A stretch of DNA of 64,000 nucleotides from positions 1,312,001-1,376,000 of the forward strand of contig CAXXJV010000001.1 in NCBI GenBank assembly GCA_963663475.2, given 5' to 3'. Below the pieces are notes generated by a model. It was not told the origin of the DNA. It saw only the letters and a program-made list of their open reading frames with translations, and did not search any database. The DNA is from Candidatus Cloacimonadales bacterium. GTDB taxonomy: Bacteria; Cloacimonadota; Cloacimonadia; Cloacimonadales; JAFGVF01. Below, one piece after another: positions 51,566 to 60,984 of this stretch; positions within the stretch are counted from its first letter, which is position 1, and every line of letters starts with the position of its first letter. The position numbers and the translations under genes were made by a program.

Positions 51566-51600
51566 TAGTTCTAAGTTAGAATAAATAAGAGGTTCTGTCA

Positions 51601-51795
51601 ATGAAAAAAGATGAAAAAACGAAAGTTGCCGAACAAATGCGAATATATCGGGCAATAAATCGACTATCTCAAGAGAAGCTAGGAGAACTTTGTGGATTAT
51701 CTCAAAGAACCATATCATTGATAGAGAGTGGTGAATTCAATCGCGTATCAGCAGATACATTTAATAAGGTAGCAGAATATGTGGTTAACCACTGA
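51601..51795 (+). CDS. Cro/Ner-like HTH regulator
   Basis: R....LSQ.KLGELCGLSQRTISLIESG. Confidence 0.85.
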   Translation: MKKDEKTKVAEQMRIYRAINRLSQEKLGELCGLSQRTISLIESGEFNRVSADTFNKVAEYVVNH

Positions 51796-51931
51796 GCCAG
51801 CAGCCGAAAAATTAGGTATATCGGTAAGAACTCTTAGAAGAAGAATTGCTAAGGGCTTATATCCTACAAAGTATGAAACTGTAGATACTGATAAAAACAT
51901 TACAACTAAACTTTACATATGGATAGATGAT

Positions 51932-52054
51932 GCGGAGTGCCAAGCGGAGTGCCAAACCGAAAAAGCGGAGTGCCAAGCAGAGTGCCAAACCGAAAAAGCG
52001 GAGTGCCAAGCAGAGTGCCAAACCGAAAAAGCGGAGTGCCAAGCGGAGTGCCAA
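51932..52054 (+). repeat. 33-bp in-frame tandem repeat (AECQAECQTEK)x3 + AECQAECQ
   Basis: gcggagtgccaagc(g/a)gagtgccaaaccgaaaaa units. Confidence 0.92.
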
Positions 52055-52720
52055 AATAATTTAGAGCAGAGTGACAAAAATAAATCCCCCCAAATCCAAC
52101 CCTTAACCCTTCCTCCAATTTTATCAGATTATGGTCCTGATTTTTTCATTAAGCGGACATCTGGTTCAATGCGGGACAAATTAATCGAGACATATTTAAA
52201 TTTAAGTCGAGATGAGAAGAGTCAAGTTTTGGGATATGTCAGGCAGTTCATGAGTGAGCGAACCTGGTATAGTTGGGTAAGTCGATATAGGAATAGGGGT
52301 CATTTAAAGAGAAAGGTAAGAGCAGATAGGGGTAAGAGTCGTAAAGAGCTTCCTACTTTTATGCAGGAGTTATTACAGGCAATTCTTATTTCTCATCCTC
52401 AATGGAATGTACAGAAGGCTTACGAGGATATGAAGCTATTGGCAGTCAATGGGGACTTAGTAGATTATTATACTGGTGAAGTATATGAAGATGTAAGTGA
52501 GTATTTGGTCCGTGAATGGATAAAGACTTCGATCGTTCGTGATAGATGGTATTTCAGGTGGTATCCTAAGAGCAGGCGAAATCTTTATACCAGTATGAGT
52601 CATGCTCGAGGAATAAACCCACCTAACACGGTATGGATGATAGATGATCATGACCAGGATGTATTAGTATGGAGTAAAGACAAGGATGGAAATGACAGGC
52701 AAATCAGGCCAAAGGTAATT

Positions 52721-54173
52721 TGTGTCGTTCCATAAAAGTGGACTAGAAAATTAAACAAACTAGGAGCTTGAAATGGAAAGAAAAAAGAATATGACTCATA
52801 AGATTCAAAAGACCTATAGTGAAAGTTTTAAAATTAAAGTTGTTGACGAAATAGAGAAGGGAGATTTAACTCAAGCTGGAGCTTGTAGACTTTACAATAT
52901 TTCAGTTAGCAATGTGAGTAGATGGGTTGCCAATTATGGTATGAATGAACGAGTTGGAAAAAAGGTGGTAGTTATGACCGATAGAGAAATACGTGAATCT
53001 GACCTTTTAAGGAAAGAGAATAAGCAGTTAAAACGAGCATTAGAAGATAGTCAGTTCTCCAACGAAGTTCTAGAGAAATATATTCATTATATTGCAGAAC
53101 AAAATGGTATTGATTTAAAAAAAAAGATCGATTCAGGTTTATCAGAAGATACTCAGAAACTCTTGATTTCAAGGTTGCTAAAAGGTCAGGAATAAGCCAA
53201 ATGTGTAGTTTATTACAAGTATCTAAATCAGGTTACTATAAATATCTTCAAACTGTCTCCCAGAGTTCTACAAATGACTCCCTATGTCTCTCCAGAGTTA
53301 AACAATATAGAAAAATTCAGCCTTATGCAGGCACTTATAAATGTTGGAAAATGCTACATAATGATGGTTTTAAAATTGGGAGAAATCATCTTAACTGCCT
53401 GCTTAAAGAACATAATATGTTGATCAGGAAGAAGAAGAAATATTGCAAAACTTCAATATCAGATGGTAGTAAGGTATATCCTAATTTACTTAAAGATACC
53501 GAAGTAAAGAGGAAAAATCAAGTTTGGGTAACTGATATTACTTATATTTCTAAAGGCAAAGGGTTTTATTATTTGTTTTTGCTAAGTGATATGTATACTA
53601 GACAGATATTGGATTATGAAGTTTCTTCTAATATGTTGACTGATAATCATATAAGGATGTTAAAAAGACAGCTAAACCATGTTGATAATGCTAACGATCT
53701 TATTCATCATTCAGATCATGGTTCTCAATATACAAGTAATGAGACTATTAGCCTTCTGAAAAAGCATGGTATAAAGATTAGTATGACTGGTGATGGTAAA
53801 TGCTATGATAACCCTATTGCTGAAAGAATAAACTGCACAATGAAGCATGAATTTGGTTTAAATCGGACATTTAGCACTATAGAAAGTCTTAAAAAAGCTA
53901 CTAAAGATGCAGTAATGATCTATAACTCTCAGAGACTTCACAAAAGTTTGGGGTATTTTACTCCAAATGATTTTGCAAATCATTAAAAGAGGTTACCAGA
54001 TGATGAACAGATACTTAGCTGAATGTATTTTCTTTTGGAAAATGCGACTAAATTACGAATGCAAAATGGAGTCGACAACAGAACTCAAAAGTATGAGTAA
54101 ATGTCTCATTTTTCAAAAGAGATACATGACTCAGGATACATAAAAAAGGTGTCCACTATATTGGTACTTGACA
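52721..54173 (+). mobile_element. IS3-family insertion sequence, 1453 bp, 3-bp TSD ATT
   Basis: TG...CA ends with imperfect TIRs (tgtgtcgttccataaaagtggac / gtccactatattggtacttgaca); ATT at 52718-52720 and 54174-54176. Confidence 0.92.
52773..53986 (+). CDS. IS3 transposase OrfA/OrfB joined by a -1 frameshift
   Basis: OrfA HTH (YSESFK..VV); A9G slippery run at 53117-53126 whose -1 frame is open into OrfB; OrfB W.TDITY, HHSDHGSQY and C.DN..AE DDE motifs. Confidence 0.9.
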
Positions 54174-55462
54174 ATTCGTTCCTTGGATCCAGAGACTAAT
54201 ATGATAATGGGCTGGTGCATGACAGATGACACATATGGTTCTATTGAGATAAAGACAGCTATCATAGATGGAATAATCAAGCATAGATGTATTCCTAAGC
54301 AGATATATTTAGAATGTGATAAAAGAATGCGGGAAAGCGGATTGATTGAAGGTTTAGAGAAGTTAGGAATAGAAGTAATAGGAACTCCTTACAATCCGAC
54401 AGCTAAGGTTAATGTAGAGCGAAGTTTTGGCAATGACAGGATGGAGCTTGATAGCAAGTATGATTCTTATATTAACCACAACACAGTTGAGCGTCCAGAT
54501 GATGCAGACAGAAGAGTTTTCACCAATTACGAGGAGTATTTCCAGGATTATGCAGATTATGTAGAGCATTGGAATACCCAGCGACCAAGTATCTTCAGGG
54601 GCAAGATAAAAATGACTCCTGTAGATATGTGGAATGCCTGGATAAAGAGAGGTTGGAAACCTGAAATGTTACCAATGAATGTAATTGACCATATTCCTTA
54701 CTGGTTTGGCAAGAAAGAAGTAAGGGTAGTTCAGGGTGGTAGAGTAAGATTTACTATAGATGGTGAGCAGTTCTACTATTTAGGAGAGTGCTTAATGCAA
54801 CTTCCTAATGGAACCCCTGTAGATATAAGAAGAAAGTTTAATGATCCTCGAGAGGGTTATGTATATATAGGTAATGAGAATTTAGGCAAGATATTCTTAC
54901 AAGAGAAAGTAGGTTATGGATTCTTAGAGTTCTCACAACCGGAAGCTGTGAAAATGGTACAAGGATTTAATCTCATGAGAACCAAGTTATTGAAGGTTAA
55001 TGATGAAGATTATCCATTTATCAAATCTTATCTTAATAGAATTGAGGAACTTAGCAAGTCACAAATCAAAGACGCAACTATGTTAATCCCCAATAAGATC
55101 ATTCGTTTCATCAACGAAAAGACAGGTTCAGCTTTAGAAGTATCTGAGAAGATGCGACAAGAAGAAGTATCAGTTCTTAAGGTTAAGAGTGGTTTAACTA
55201 GGAAGATGGATAGTAAGGTGAATGATTTGGATGATGAAATTAGTGCCTTATTGGGAGGAAGTGGAGAGTGATTTTGAATTGAGAATAAAGGGATATTTGA
55301 ACAGAGAATAGAGTGATTAAGAGTGAGAAATGTAGGGGCGAAACATCTTTCGCCCAATTAAGAAACCACCCCGTCTTGGAAATACCAAGACACCCCTCCA
55401 CAGAGGGGAATTAAGAATGCCGGCAAGATGCCAGCGTTCCCAGTAAAATAAGGAGTAAGAGA

Positions 55463-55735
55463 ATGGAATTAGAAGTAATATTAAAAGAATGGGAAGATGA
55501 AGTAAGTGATTTATACAAGTTACTTCAGCAGGATGAGGAAGAGAAGAAGAAGATCAATCTCAAAATGAAAGAGAGTGAACTAGGTCAACAACGATTGGAG
55601 TTAACCAGGAGAATTAAAAAGATAAAAGGCTTAATTGAGCAAAGACGCTTTGAGATATCCGGGTTAAAGAAAGCTGAACAAAGGCTTAAAGGCAAGGTAA
55701 AGGCAAAGAGGCGATTAACCATAGGAGAAAATTAA
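55463..55735 (+). CDS. Phage coiled-coil hypothetical protein
   Basis: AAGGAG RBS; heptad-rich. Confidence 0.65.
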   Translation: MELEVILKEWEDEVSDLYKLLQQDEEEKKKINLKMKESELGQQRLELTRRIKKIKGLIEQRRFEISGLKKAEQRLKGKVKAKRRLTIGEN

Positions 55736-55739
55736 GGCA

Positions 55740-55925
55740 ATGCTATGCAGGTACTGTAATGGGAAGTTAAAGGTAATTAAGACCGAGTGTAATGATAGTG
55801 GAGTAATGCGAATAAGACGCTGTAATGATTGCGGAATGGTAATCACTACCTTTGAGAAAAACAGTCAGGAGAAAAGAGCCAATGGAAAGAAAAGCAGCAA
55901 TAAGGCTGATTTGGCACAAAAGTAA
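55740..55925 (+). CDS. Zinc-ribbon protein (NrdR-N/Ogr-like)
   Basis: CRYC...V..T......R.RRCNDC....TTFE. Confidence 0.7.
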   Translation: MLCRYCNGKLKVIKTECNDSGVMRIRRCNDCGMVITTFEKNSQEKRANGKKSSNKADLAQK

Positions 55926-56283
55926 AGACATGGGATGGACACCTGAAGAGCTTCATCAGCAGATAGGTAGTCTAAACATGGTTCGATTTGATAGGATAAG
56001 CTGTTGTTCAGGACGGGAGTTATCTCTAATCCTGAACCAGCTTTTTCAGGTTCAAGCATTTGTGGCAGACAGTAAATCGGTAAGATATTTGAAGTATCTG
56101 TGTAAAGATAATGATAATAAGGAGACCTTGAAAGGTATTCTTAAGCGTTGGAAAAAGCAAAGTGTATATCAAATGAATAACAAGCAATTAGCGTTTGCTA
56201 TATCGTTTTTAAAGGGAGATGAGACTGGAGTTAGGAGTGAGGAGTTGAAGAGGCTCACCACAGAGAACACAGAGAAGAATTGA
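55882..56283 (+). CDS. Mu GemA/gp16-like (DUF1018) protein
   Basis: R.IW.....MG...EEL......S..S..EL..IL pattern typical of this Mu-like phage family. Confidence 0.55.
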   Translation: MERKAAIRLIWHKSKDMGWTPEELHQQIGSLNMVRFDRISCCSGRELSLILNQLFQVQAFVADSKSVRYLKYLCKDNDNKETLKGILKRWKKQSVYQMNNKQLAFAISFLKGDETGVRSEELKRLTTENTEKN

Positions 56284-56357
56284 GAATTGAGAGTTGAGAG
56301 TTGAGAATTTCCTCACACGAAGACACGAAGACACGAAGAAAAAAAAGGAGTAAAATT

Positions 56358-56582
56358 ATGACTATATTTTTATTATTCACCACGATGGTATTAGCAATAA
56401 TGCTTACTTTATCATTTTTCGGTTCAACAGGCCGAATATCAGAATTAGAAGAGAAGAACTTTCTTTTAAAGAGTGAGAACTATCAATTAAAGCAGAAGTT
56501 TAACCAATCACAAGACAAGCTAAAGCTTATAAAAGTTCAAGCTAAGAAATTGAGAAATATTCAGAAGTATAGGGGGTGCTAA
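56358..56582 (+). CDS. Small membrane-anchored coiled-coil phage protein
   Basis: AAGGAG RBS before ATG 56358; N-terminal TM. Confidence 0.6.
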   Translation: MTIFLLFTTMVLAIMLTLSFFGSTGRISELEEKNFLLKSENYQLKQKFNQSQDKLKLIKVQAKKLRNIQKYRGC

Positions 56583-56813
56583 ATGGCTGCTTTGCATAAG
56601 GCATTAGTACAGAATGACGGTATATACTGTAATGGCACCTGGTATTATCATAAGGATATCTTAGTGAAAATGGGCCAAGAGTGCCTGGTGGAGAAAACAG
56701 GATTAGGAGAAAGAGCTAATATTTATGATTTAGAAGGTGAGAGATGGGATGGCCAAGCCCAAGCCGTGGTAACGGTGAGTGTTAAGCCTTTGAAGAGAGG
56801 AGTTAGGAAATGA
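56583..56813 (+). CDS. Stand-alone Mu-transposase C-terminal-like beta domain
   Basis: VQNDGIYCNG.WYY...L...GQ.C.V......A.IYD..G resembles the Mu transposase C-terminal barrel pattern. Confidence 0.5.
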   Translation: MAALHKALVQNDGIYCNGTWYYHKDILVKMGQECLVEKTGLGERANIYDLEGERWDGQAQAVVTVSVKPLKRGVRK

Positions 56814-57046
56814 AGTGCTTCACACGAAGGCACGAAGGCACGAAGAAGAAAAACCCCTTAACACAGAGTTTCACAGAGGTTAAGAGGAGTTTCACAGAGG
56901 TTTGAGAGTGGAAAGGATATGAAAAGCGTACTGGAATACGCATTTATACAATTTTAGATATTAACAAATAAGTCAAGAAGAAATTAAGAATTAAAGAGAA
57001 TGCGGGCAGGGATGCCCACGTTCCCAGTTAATTAAAGGAGAAAAAG

Positions 57047-57688
57047 ATGTTTAAGTTTTTAGAAGCACGAAAAGAGGGAAACAAGACTATCTTAAGCGTT
57101 CCCAGATGTTTATATGAAGATTTTAGAAATGAAATAATGTTATTAATACATGGTAGTTTACTTATCGTTAATGATCATAAGGATTTCCAAAAACAGGTAG
57201 AAAAACTGGAAAGTTTTTTGAGTGGTTCGGATCTACATATTTCTCGAGATACTCTTTCGGTATATCTTGCTTACAGTAATTGTACGGAAATATATTTGAC
57301 CACACACGGAGTAAAAAGGGGCTGTAAAATGAATGAAAAGGCCACAGCAGAAGCCATGAAAGATGTATTTCGTGCTTCTGATATTCTAGAAGTTCTTGAG
57401 CATTTTTCTGAAAGCTTTGATCAAAGTCTCTTACCCGGGTCAGAGGGTCAGAGAAAGTGTAATGAAAGCACCAGATTGTGTAAAGAACCAGCTGAGCAAA
57501 GCGAGAAGAGGAAGTCTTTGCTTGAATTTCTGCGACGTGATCTGGATGAAGCGATGAAAGCTTTAATACAAACCGGACAGTATGCTTATATTTGGCAAGA
57601 GAATCTAATAGAGCTGTTTCGCCCGACACTAAACATAATTGATAAAGATGTTCCACCTGCTTCTCAGATAGAAGTGAAGATAGTTTAG
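57047..57688 (+). CDS. Phage hypothetical protein (overlapped antisense by 57168-57734)
   Basis: AAGGAG RBS; 213 aa. Confidence 0.55.
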   Translation: MFKFLEARKEGNKTILSVPRCLYEDFRNEIMLLIHGSLLIVNDHKDFQKQVEKLESFLSGSDLHISRDTLSVYLAYSNCTEIYLTTHGVKRGCKMNEKATAEAMKDVFRASDILEVLEHFSESFDQSLLPGSEGQRKCNESTRLCKEPAEQSEKRKSLLEFLRRDLDEAMKALIQTGQYAYIWQENLIELFRPTLNIIDKDVPPASQIEVKIV

Positions 57689-57734
57689 TAATAGCTTCAG
57701 CAACCCGCATTAGGTTGAGTTCATGTTGTTTCAT
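57168..57734 (-). CDS. Antisense hypothetical protein with strong RBS
   Basis: AGGAGG 5 nt before ATG and a TTGACT box upstream. Confidence 0.5.
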   Translation of the reverse strand: MKQHELNLMRVAEAITKLSSLLSEKQVEHLYQLCLVSGETALLDSLAKYKHTVRFVLKLSSLHPDHVAEIQAKTSSSRFAQLVLYTIWCFHYTFSDPLTRVRDFDQSFQKNAQELLEYQKHEIHLSWLLLWPFHSFYSPFLLRVWSNIFPYNYCKQDIPKEYLEKYVDPNHSKNFPVFLPVFGNPYDH

Positions 57735-57807
57735 GGGTTCCTCCTAAAGGTAAATTTACAAATAAATACAAGTATTAACAAATAAGTCAAGGAAAAAGGA
57801 GAAAAAG

Positions 57808-58080
57808 ATGAAACCTAGAGTGATAATCCATTTAGAGTGTGATAGTGTATTAAGAGAACCTAAAGTAGTTAAAGCCTTGGAAGATTTAGGAATCGAAATA
57901 ACAGGGACAGCTTATAATCCAACAAGTAAAGTTGATGTGACGATACAGAAAGAATTAACCCTTGAAATGGCTCACAAGAAGATTGAGAGCATGTTCGAGG
58001 GGCTCCCACCCTCTAAAGTAGCCAATATACTAAGTTATATTGCTGATGAGCTAAGAGCTGATACGAGGTTTAAACTATGA
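57808..58080 (+). CDS. Small protein containing a copy of part of the transposase core
   Basis: IHLECD..LRE....ALE.LGIEI.GT.YNPT.KV.V matches transposase IYLECD..MRE....GLE.LGIEV.GT.YNPT.KV.V. Confidence 0.7.
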   Translation: MKPRVIIHLECDSVLREPKVVKALEDLGIEITGTAYNPTSKVDVTIQKELTLEMAHKKIESMFEGLPPSKVANILSYIADELRADTRFKL

Positions 58081-58370
58081 AATACTATGAAATAATAGAC
58101 CCTAAAGTAAAAGAAATGACTATACAAGGCATATTAGGGTCTTGTAACAAGTTAAATTTTACCGAAGAGATGCTTGAAATAGTCAAGAATATATCAGTCA
58201 GCCTGGTTCCAAAAGATAAAGGTACTTTATTAATTACAGCCTGCTTTCCTTCCAGACGGGTATTAGTAAAATCAGATACTCTACCAGTTAAAAATGCTGA
58301 TGATCAAATTGAAATAAGCAAAGAAGAGTATGATGCTTTGGTGGAAGTAGATCACCTGGAGGAAGAGTGA
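58077..58370 (+). CDS. Phage hypothetical protein
   Basis: ATGA coupling with the upstream stop. Confidence 0.6.
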   Translation: MKYYEIIDPKVKEMTIQGILGSCNKLNFTEEMLEIVKNISVSLVPKDKGTLLITACFPSRRVLVKSDTLPVKNADDQIEISKEEYDALVEVDHLEEE

Positions 58371-58582
58371 AAGAACAAAGGAAATATGTATGGAAAATCA
58401 AGTATAAAGGTGGTAATGGAGACTATATAGAAGTAAGTGTTATTGCATCAGGTTTTGAAGCATTAGCAAAGTGGTTGTACCGGAGAATATGGGTAAACAA
58501 TGTAATAACCATTTCCTTAGATAAAGAAATATTGGAGCTTGTTGATGAAGACTCTGATATACTACAATTAGATAACAATTAA
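58367..58582 (+). CDS. Phage hypothetical protein
   Basis: GGAGG RBS, GTGA coupling. Confidence 0.55.
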   Translation: MKEQRKYVWKIKYKGGNGDYIEVSVIASGFEALAKWLYRRIWVNNVITISLDKEILELVDEDSDILQLDNN

Positions 58583-58628
58583 CCACCCCGCCTATACAGG
58601 CATCAAAGAGTTGTCAAAGGAGACAAGT

Positions 58629-59243
58629 ATGAATAACGAACAATTTATGGAGTTAAGTCCTGAAGAAAGATTTGAAGCAATCAGGAAGCTCTTAGGAAAG
58701 ATGGAACTTAGTATGGTAGAGACAGGTAATCTGCTCTCTGAGATTAAGAGAATGCGAACATACAAAATAAAGGGTTATAAGAGCTTTAGAGAGTTTACTG
58801 AAGCTGAGTATAACCTACCCGGTAGAGTGGCCAATTCTTTAACTAAGATGTATGACTTCTTTATTAGAGAGATGAACCTGGATGAAGATACTATCAATAA
58901 GGTTGGTTTTGATAAGTTGGAGTTAATCCACCCAATAGTAAAAGATACAAGTTATGAAGTTCAGGAGGAGTGGGTAAAAACAGCTGAAGACCTTACATAT
59001 CCTGAGTTAAATGAGAAAGTAAAAGAGATAAAGGTAAAAGCCCGGGAAGAAGCAAAGACCTTAAAAGATGTCTTAGTAGAACAATATTTTGAGAACATGC
59101 TGGGTTACTTTAACTGCTCTAAGAGAGAATTAAGTTATAAGTTAGCTCTCTATTTCCAGGATATGGACTTGCAGGAAGTTAATGAAGTGATCAGGAAGCA
59201 ACAGAGGAAGTTTGAGGAAGAGGTAGAAAAGTCTTCACACTAA
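58629..59243 (+). CDS. Phage protein, DUF3102-like
   Basis: E.G.LL.EIK......GY.SF.EF.E.E..L....A..L..MY pattern; AAGGAG RBS. Confidence 0.55.
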   Translation: MNNEQFMELSPEERFEAIRKLLGKMELSMVETGNLLSEIKRMRTYKIKGYKSFREFTEAEYNLPGRVANSLTKMYDFFIREMNLDEDTINKVGFDKLELIHPIVKDTSYEVQEEWVKTAEDLTYPELNEKVKEIKVKAREEAKTLKDVLVEQYFENMLGYFNCSKRELSYKLALYFQDMDLQEVNEVIRKQQRKFEEEVEKSSH

Positions 59244-59345
59244 TTAACACGAATTTAAGCAAATTAACACGAATTAAGAAATACCCTTAACACAGAGTTT
59301 CACAGAGGTTAAGAGGAGTTTCACAGAGTTTTAAGAGAGGAGAAT

Positions 59346-59456
59346 ATGAAAAAAGGAATCAAACACAATGAAATAAGCAAAATAGCTAAAGAACTAAGAG
59401 GTTCAAGAGCCGAAAGAAGAAGAGAAGCGAAAAAGATAATAAAGAGAGGTAAATAA
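59346..59456 (+). CDS. 36-aa basic peptide
   Basis: GAGGAG RBS; MKKGIKHNEISKIAKELRGSRAERRREAKKIIKRGK; TAATG coupling to the next gene. Confidence 0.45.
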   Translation: MKKGIKHNEISKIAKELRGSRAERRREAKKIIKRGK

Positions 59457-60067
59457 TGGCAAAAGAGATTAAAGAAGGAAAGAGTGTATATTGGGTCGAT
59501 GGAGAAGGATATAAGGTTCCTGTAAAGTATATCAGTAAAGATGATCAGGCCCGTGATGAGTTAGTGTGTAAAGTTATAAGTGATGTTATTGCACTTCAGA
59601 AGCAGATAGCAGAGTTTAGAGTAGATGTCTTCAGAGTAGTGGATAATCATTTAAACAAGGTTGCCCATCAACATGGTGAAGACTGGCGAGGCAATGCCTG
59701 GATTTATGATTTTTCTAAGGAGAAAGCCATCGAGGTTAAGATCAATAAGAGATTAGCTTTTGATGAACGCCTCCAATTAGCCAAAACTAAGATAGATAAC
59801 TATATCAAAGGACTTGTGAAACAATCAGGTAAAGAGATAGTTATGCTTATTAATAAGGCCTTTAATGTCGATAAAAGAGGCAATGTAGATGTTCAGCAGA
59901 TTTTAGGATTGAGACAACTAAAAATCGAACATCCGGAATGGCAAGAAGCTATGGCCTTGATAGATGAAGCAACCCAGGTAGAATCTACCAAGAAATATCT
60001 TACCTTTAAGGTTAAGGATGATACTGGGGAATGGAATACTATCAGCTTGAACTTTTCAGCACTGTAA
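59456..60067 (+). CDS. DUF3164 family Mu-like phage protein
   Basis: W.D..G..VP...I...D..RDELV, FDERLQ.AK..ID, AF.VDK.G, L..L.I....W..AM..I and I.LNFS motifs. Confidence 0.75.
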   Translation: MAKEIKEGKSVYWVDGEGYKVPVKYISKDDQARDELVCKVISDVIALQKQIAEFRVDVFRVVDNHLNKVAHQHGEDWRGNAWIYDFSKEKAIEVKINKRLAFDERLQLAKTKIDNYIKGLVKQSGKEIVMLINKAFNVDKRGNVDVQQILGLRQLKIEHPEWQEAMALIDEATQVESTKKYLTFKVKDDTGEWNTISLNFSAL

Positions 60068-60129
60068 GAGAAGACTTTTACACGAATTTAAACGAATTTA
60101 AACCAATTAACACGAATTAGGAGAAGATA

Positions 60130-60444
60130 ATGAATGATAAAATAAAAACTATTGATGATGAAATAGATGAAATGATAGAAAATGCAAAAAGTGCAAGCCC
60201 GGTTAATAAGGAGGACTTGCACTTGGTTTCTGATGAAGAGTTAAGTTCTCTTGAGATAAAGAACAGGAGAATCCGCAAAACTGTTGATGTAGCAACAGAT
60301 AGAATTCTTAAAACCCTTCATGCTTTGTTAGATGATGGACTTCATCACGAGGCGTCCAAGCTCATCTTTCACGTTGAAATACCCTTTGTAAAGAAAGGCG
60401 TTGGCAAGCCTATCCTTAGCTATAAGGTAGAGAATAACAGCTAA
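60130..60444 (+). CDS. Phage hypothetical protein
   Basis: AGGAG RBS; 104 aa. Confidence 0.6.
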   Translation: MNDKIKTIDDEIDEMIENAKSASPVNKEDLHLVSDEELSSLEIKNRRIRKTVDVATDRILKTLHALLDDGLHHEASKLIFHVEIPFVKKGVGKPILSYKVENNS

Positions 60445-60699
60445 ATCAATATCCTGAGAGGCAATTTTACGAATCTTGTATGAACAGGCTTCTGGAGAAA
60501 AAACTTTAAAAATACTTGATAAGATTTCAGTTTGTTCAGATATAACCGATTGTTCAATAGATTCATACTTTTTGCCTCTCGCTTTTTTTATGACTTCTTC
60601 AGGAAATATATACTTTAGAAAAGCCTTAGCGAGTTTTTTCTGATTAGTTTCGTAGTAGTAGAAGTCAAAGTTACCTTTATAATGAAAGGTTTCGTGCAT
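60328..60699 (-). CDS. Antisense moron-like hypothetical protein
   Basis: GGAGG RBS; TTGACA-17-GATTAT upstream on minus strand (-35 at 60752-60757). Confidence 0.6.
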   Translation of the reverse strand: MHETFHYKGNFDFYYYETNQKKLAKAFLKYIFPEEVIKKARGKKYESIEQSVISEQTEILSSIFKVFSPEACSYKIRKIASQDIDLAVILYLIAKDRLANAFLYKGYFNVKDELGRLVMKSII

Positions 60700-60984
60700 A
60701 ATAGCCTCCTTTGGAATTAATTATACCAATAATCGAAGGATAAGCTAATAATGTCAAGTTTTTCAAGGAGAGAAGATGTCTATAATGCTTTGGAAATATT
60801 ATCTACTGGGCTTATTTATTGTTTTAGGATATGGAAGATTATCAAAAAGTGTAATATGTTATCATTTTTTAATAATGCTTATGTTTCCTATATTAGTGGT
60901 AATCCACTGCCTGAAGATAATAATTCTCTATATAAAAGCATATTGTCCAAAATATGAAATAAGATTTATCCCGGAGAAAAGAAA

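Larger units (their letters stand above)
51779..55271 (+). pseudogene. MuA-like DDE transposase (~678 aa) interrupted by IS3
   Basis: N-terminal WLT..AA..LGIS.RT..RR HTH, R.DRGKSR, W.IDDH.QD; removing the IS and one ATT restores RPKVI|RSLDPETNMIMGW in frame; P.QIYLECD and K..VERSF follow. Confidence 0.85.
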
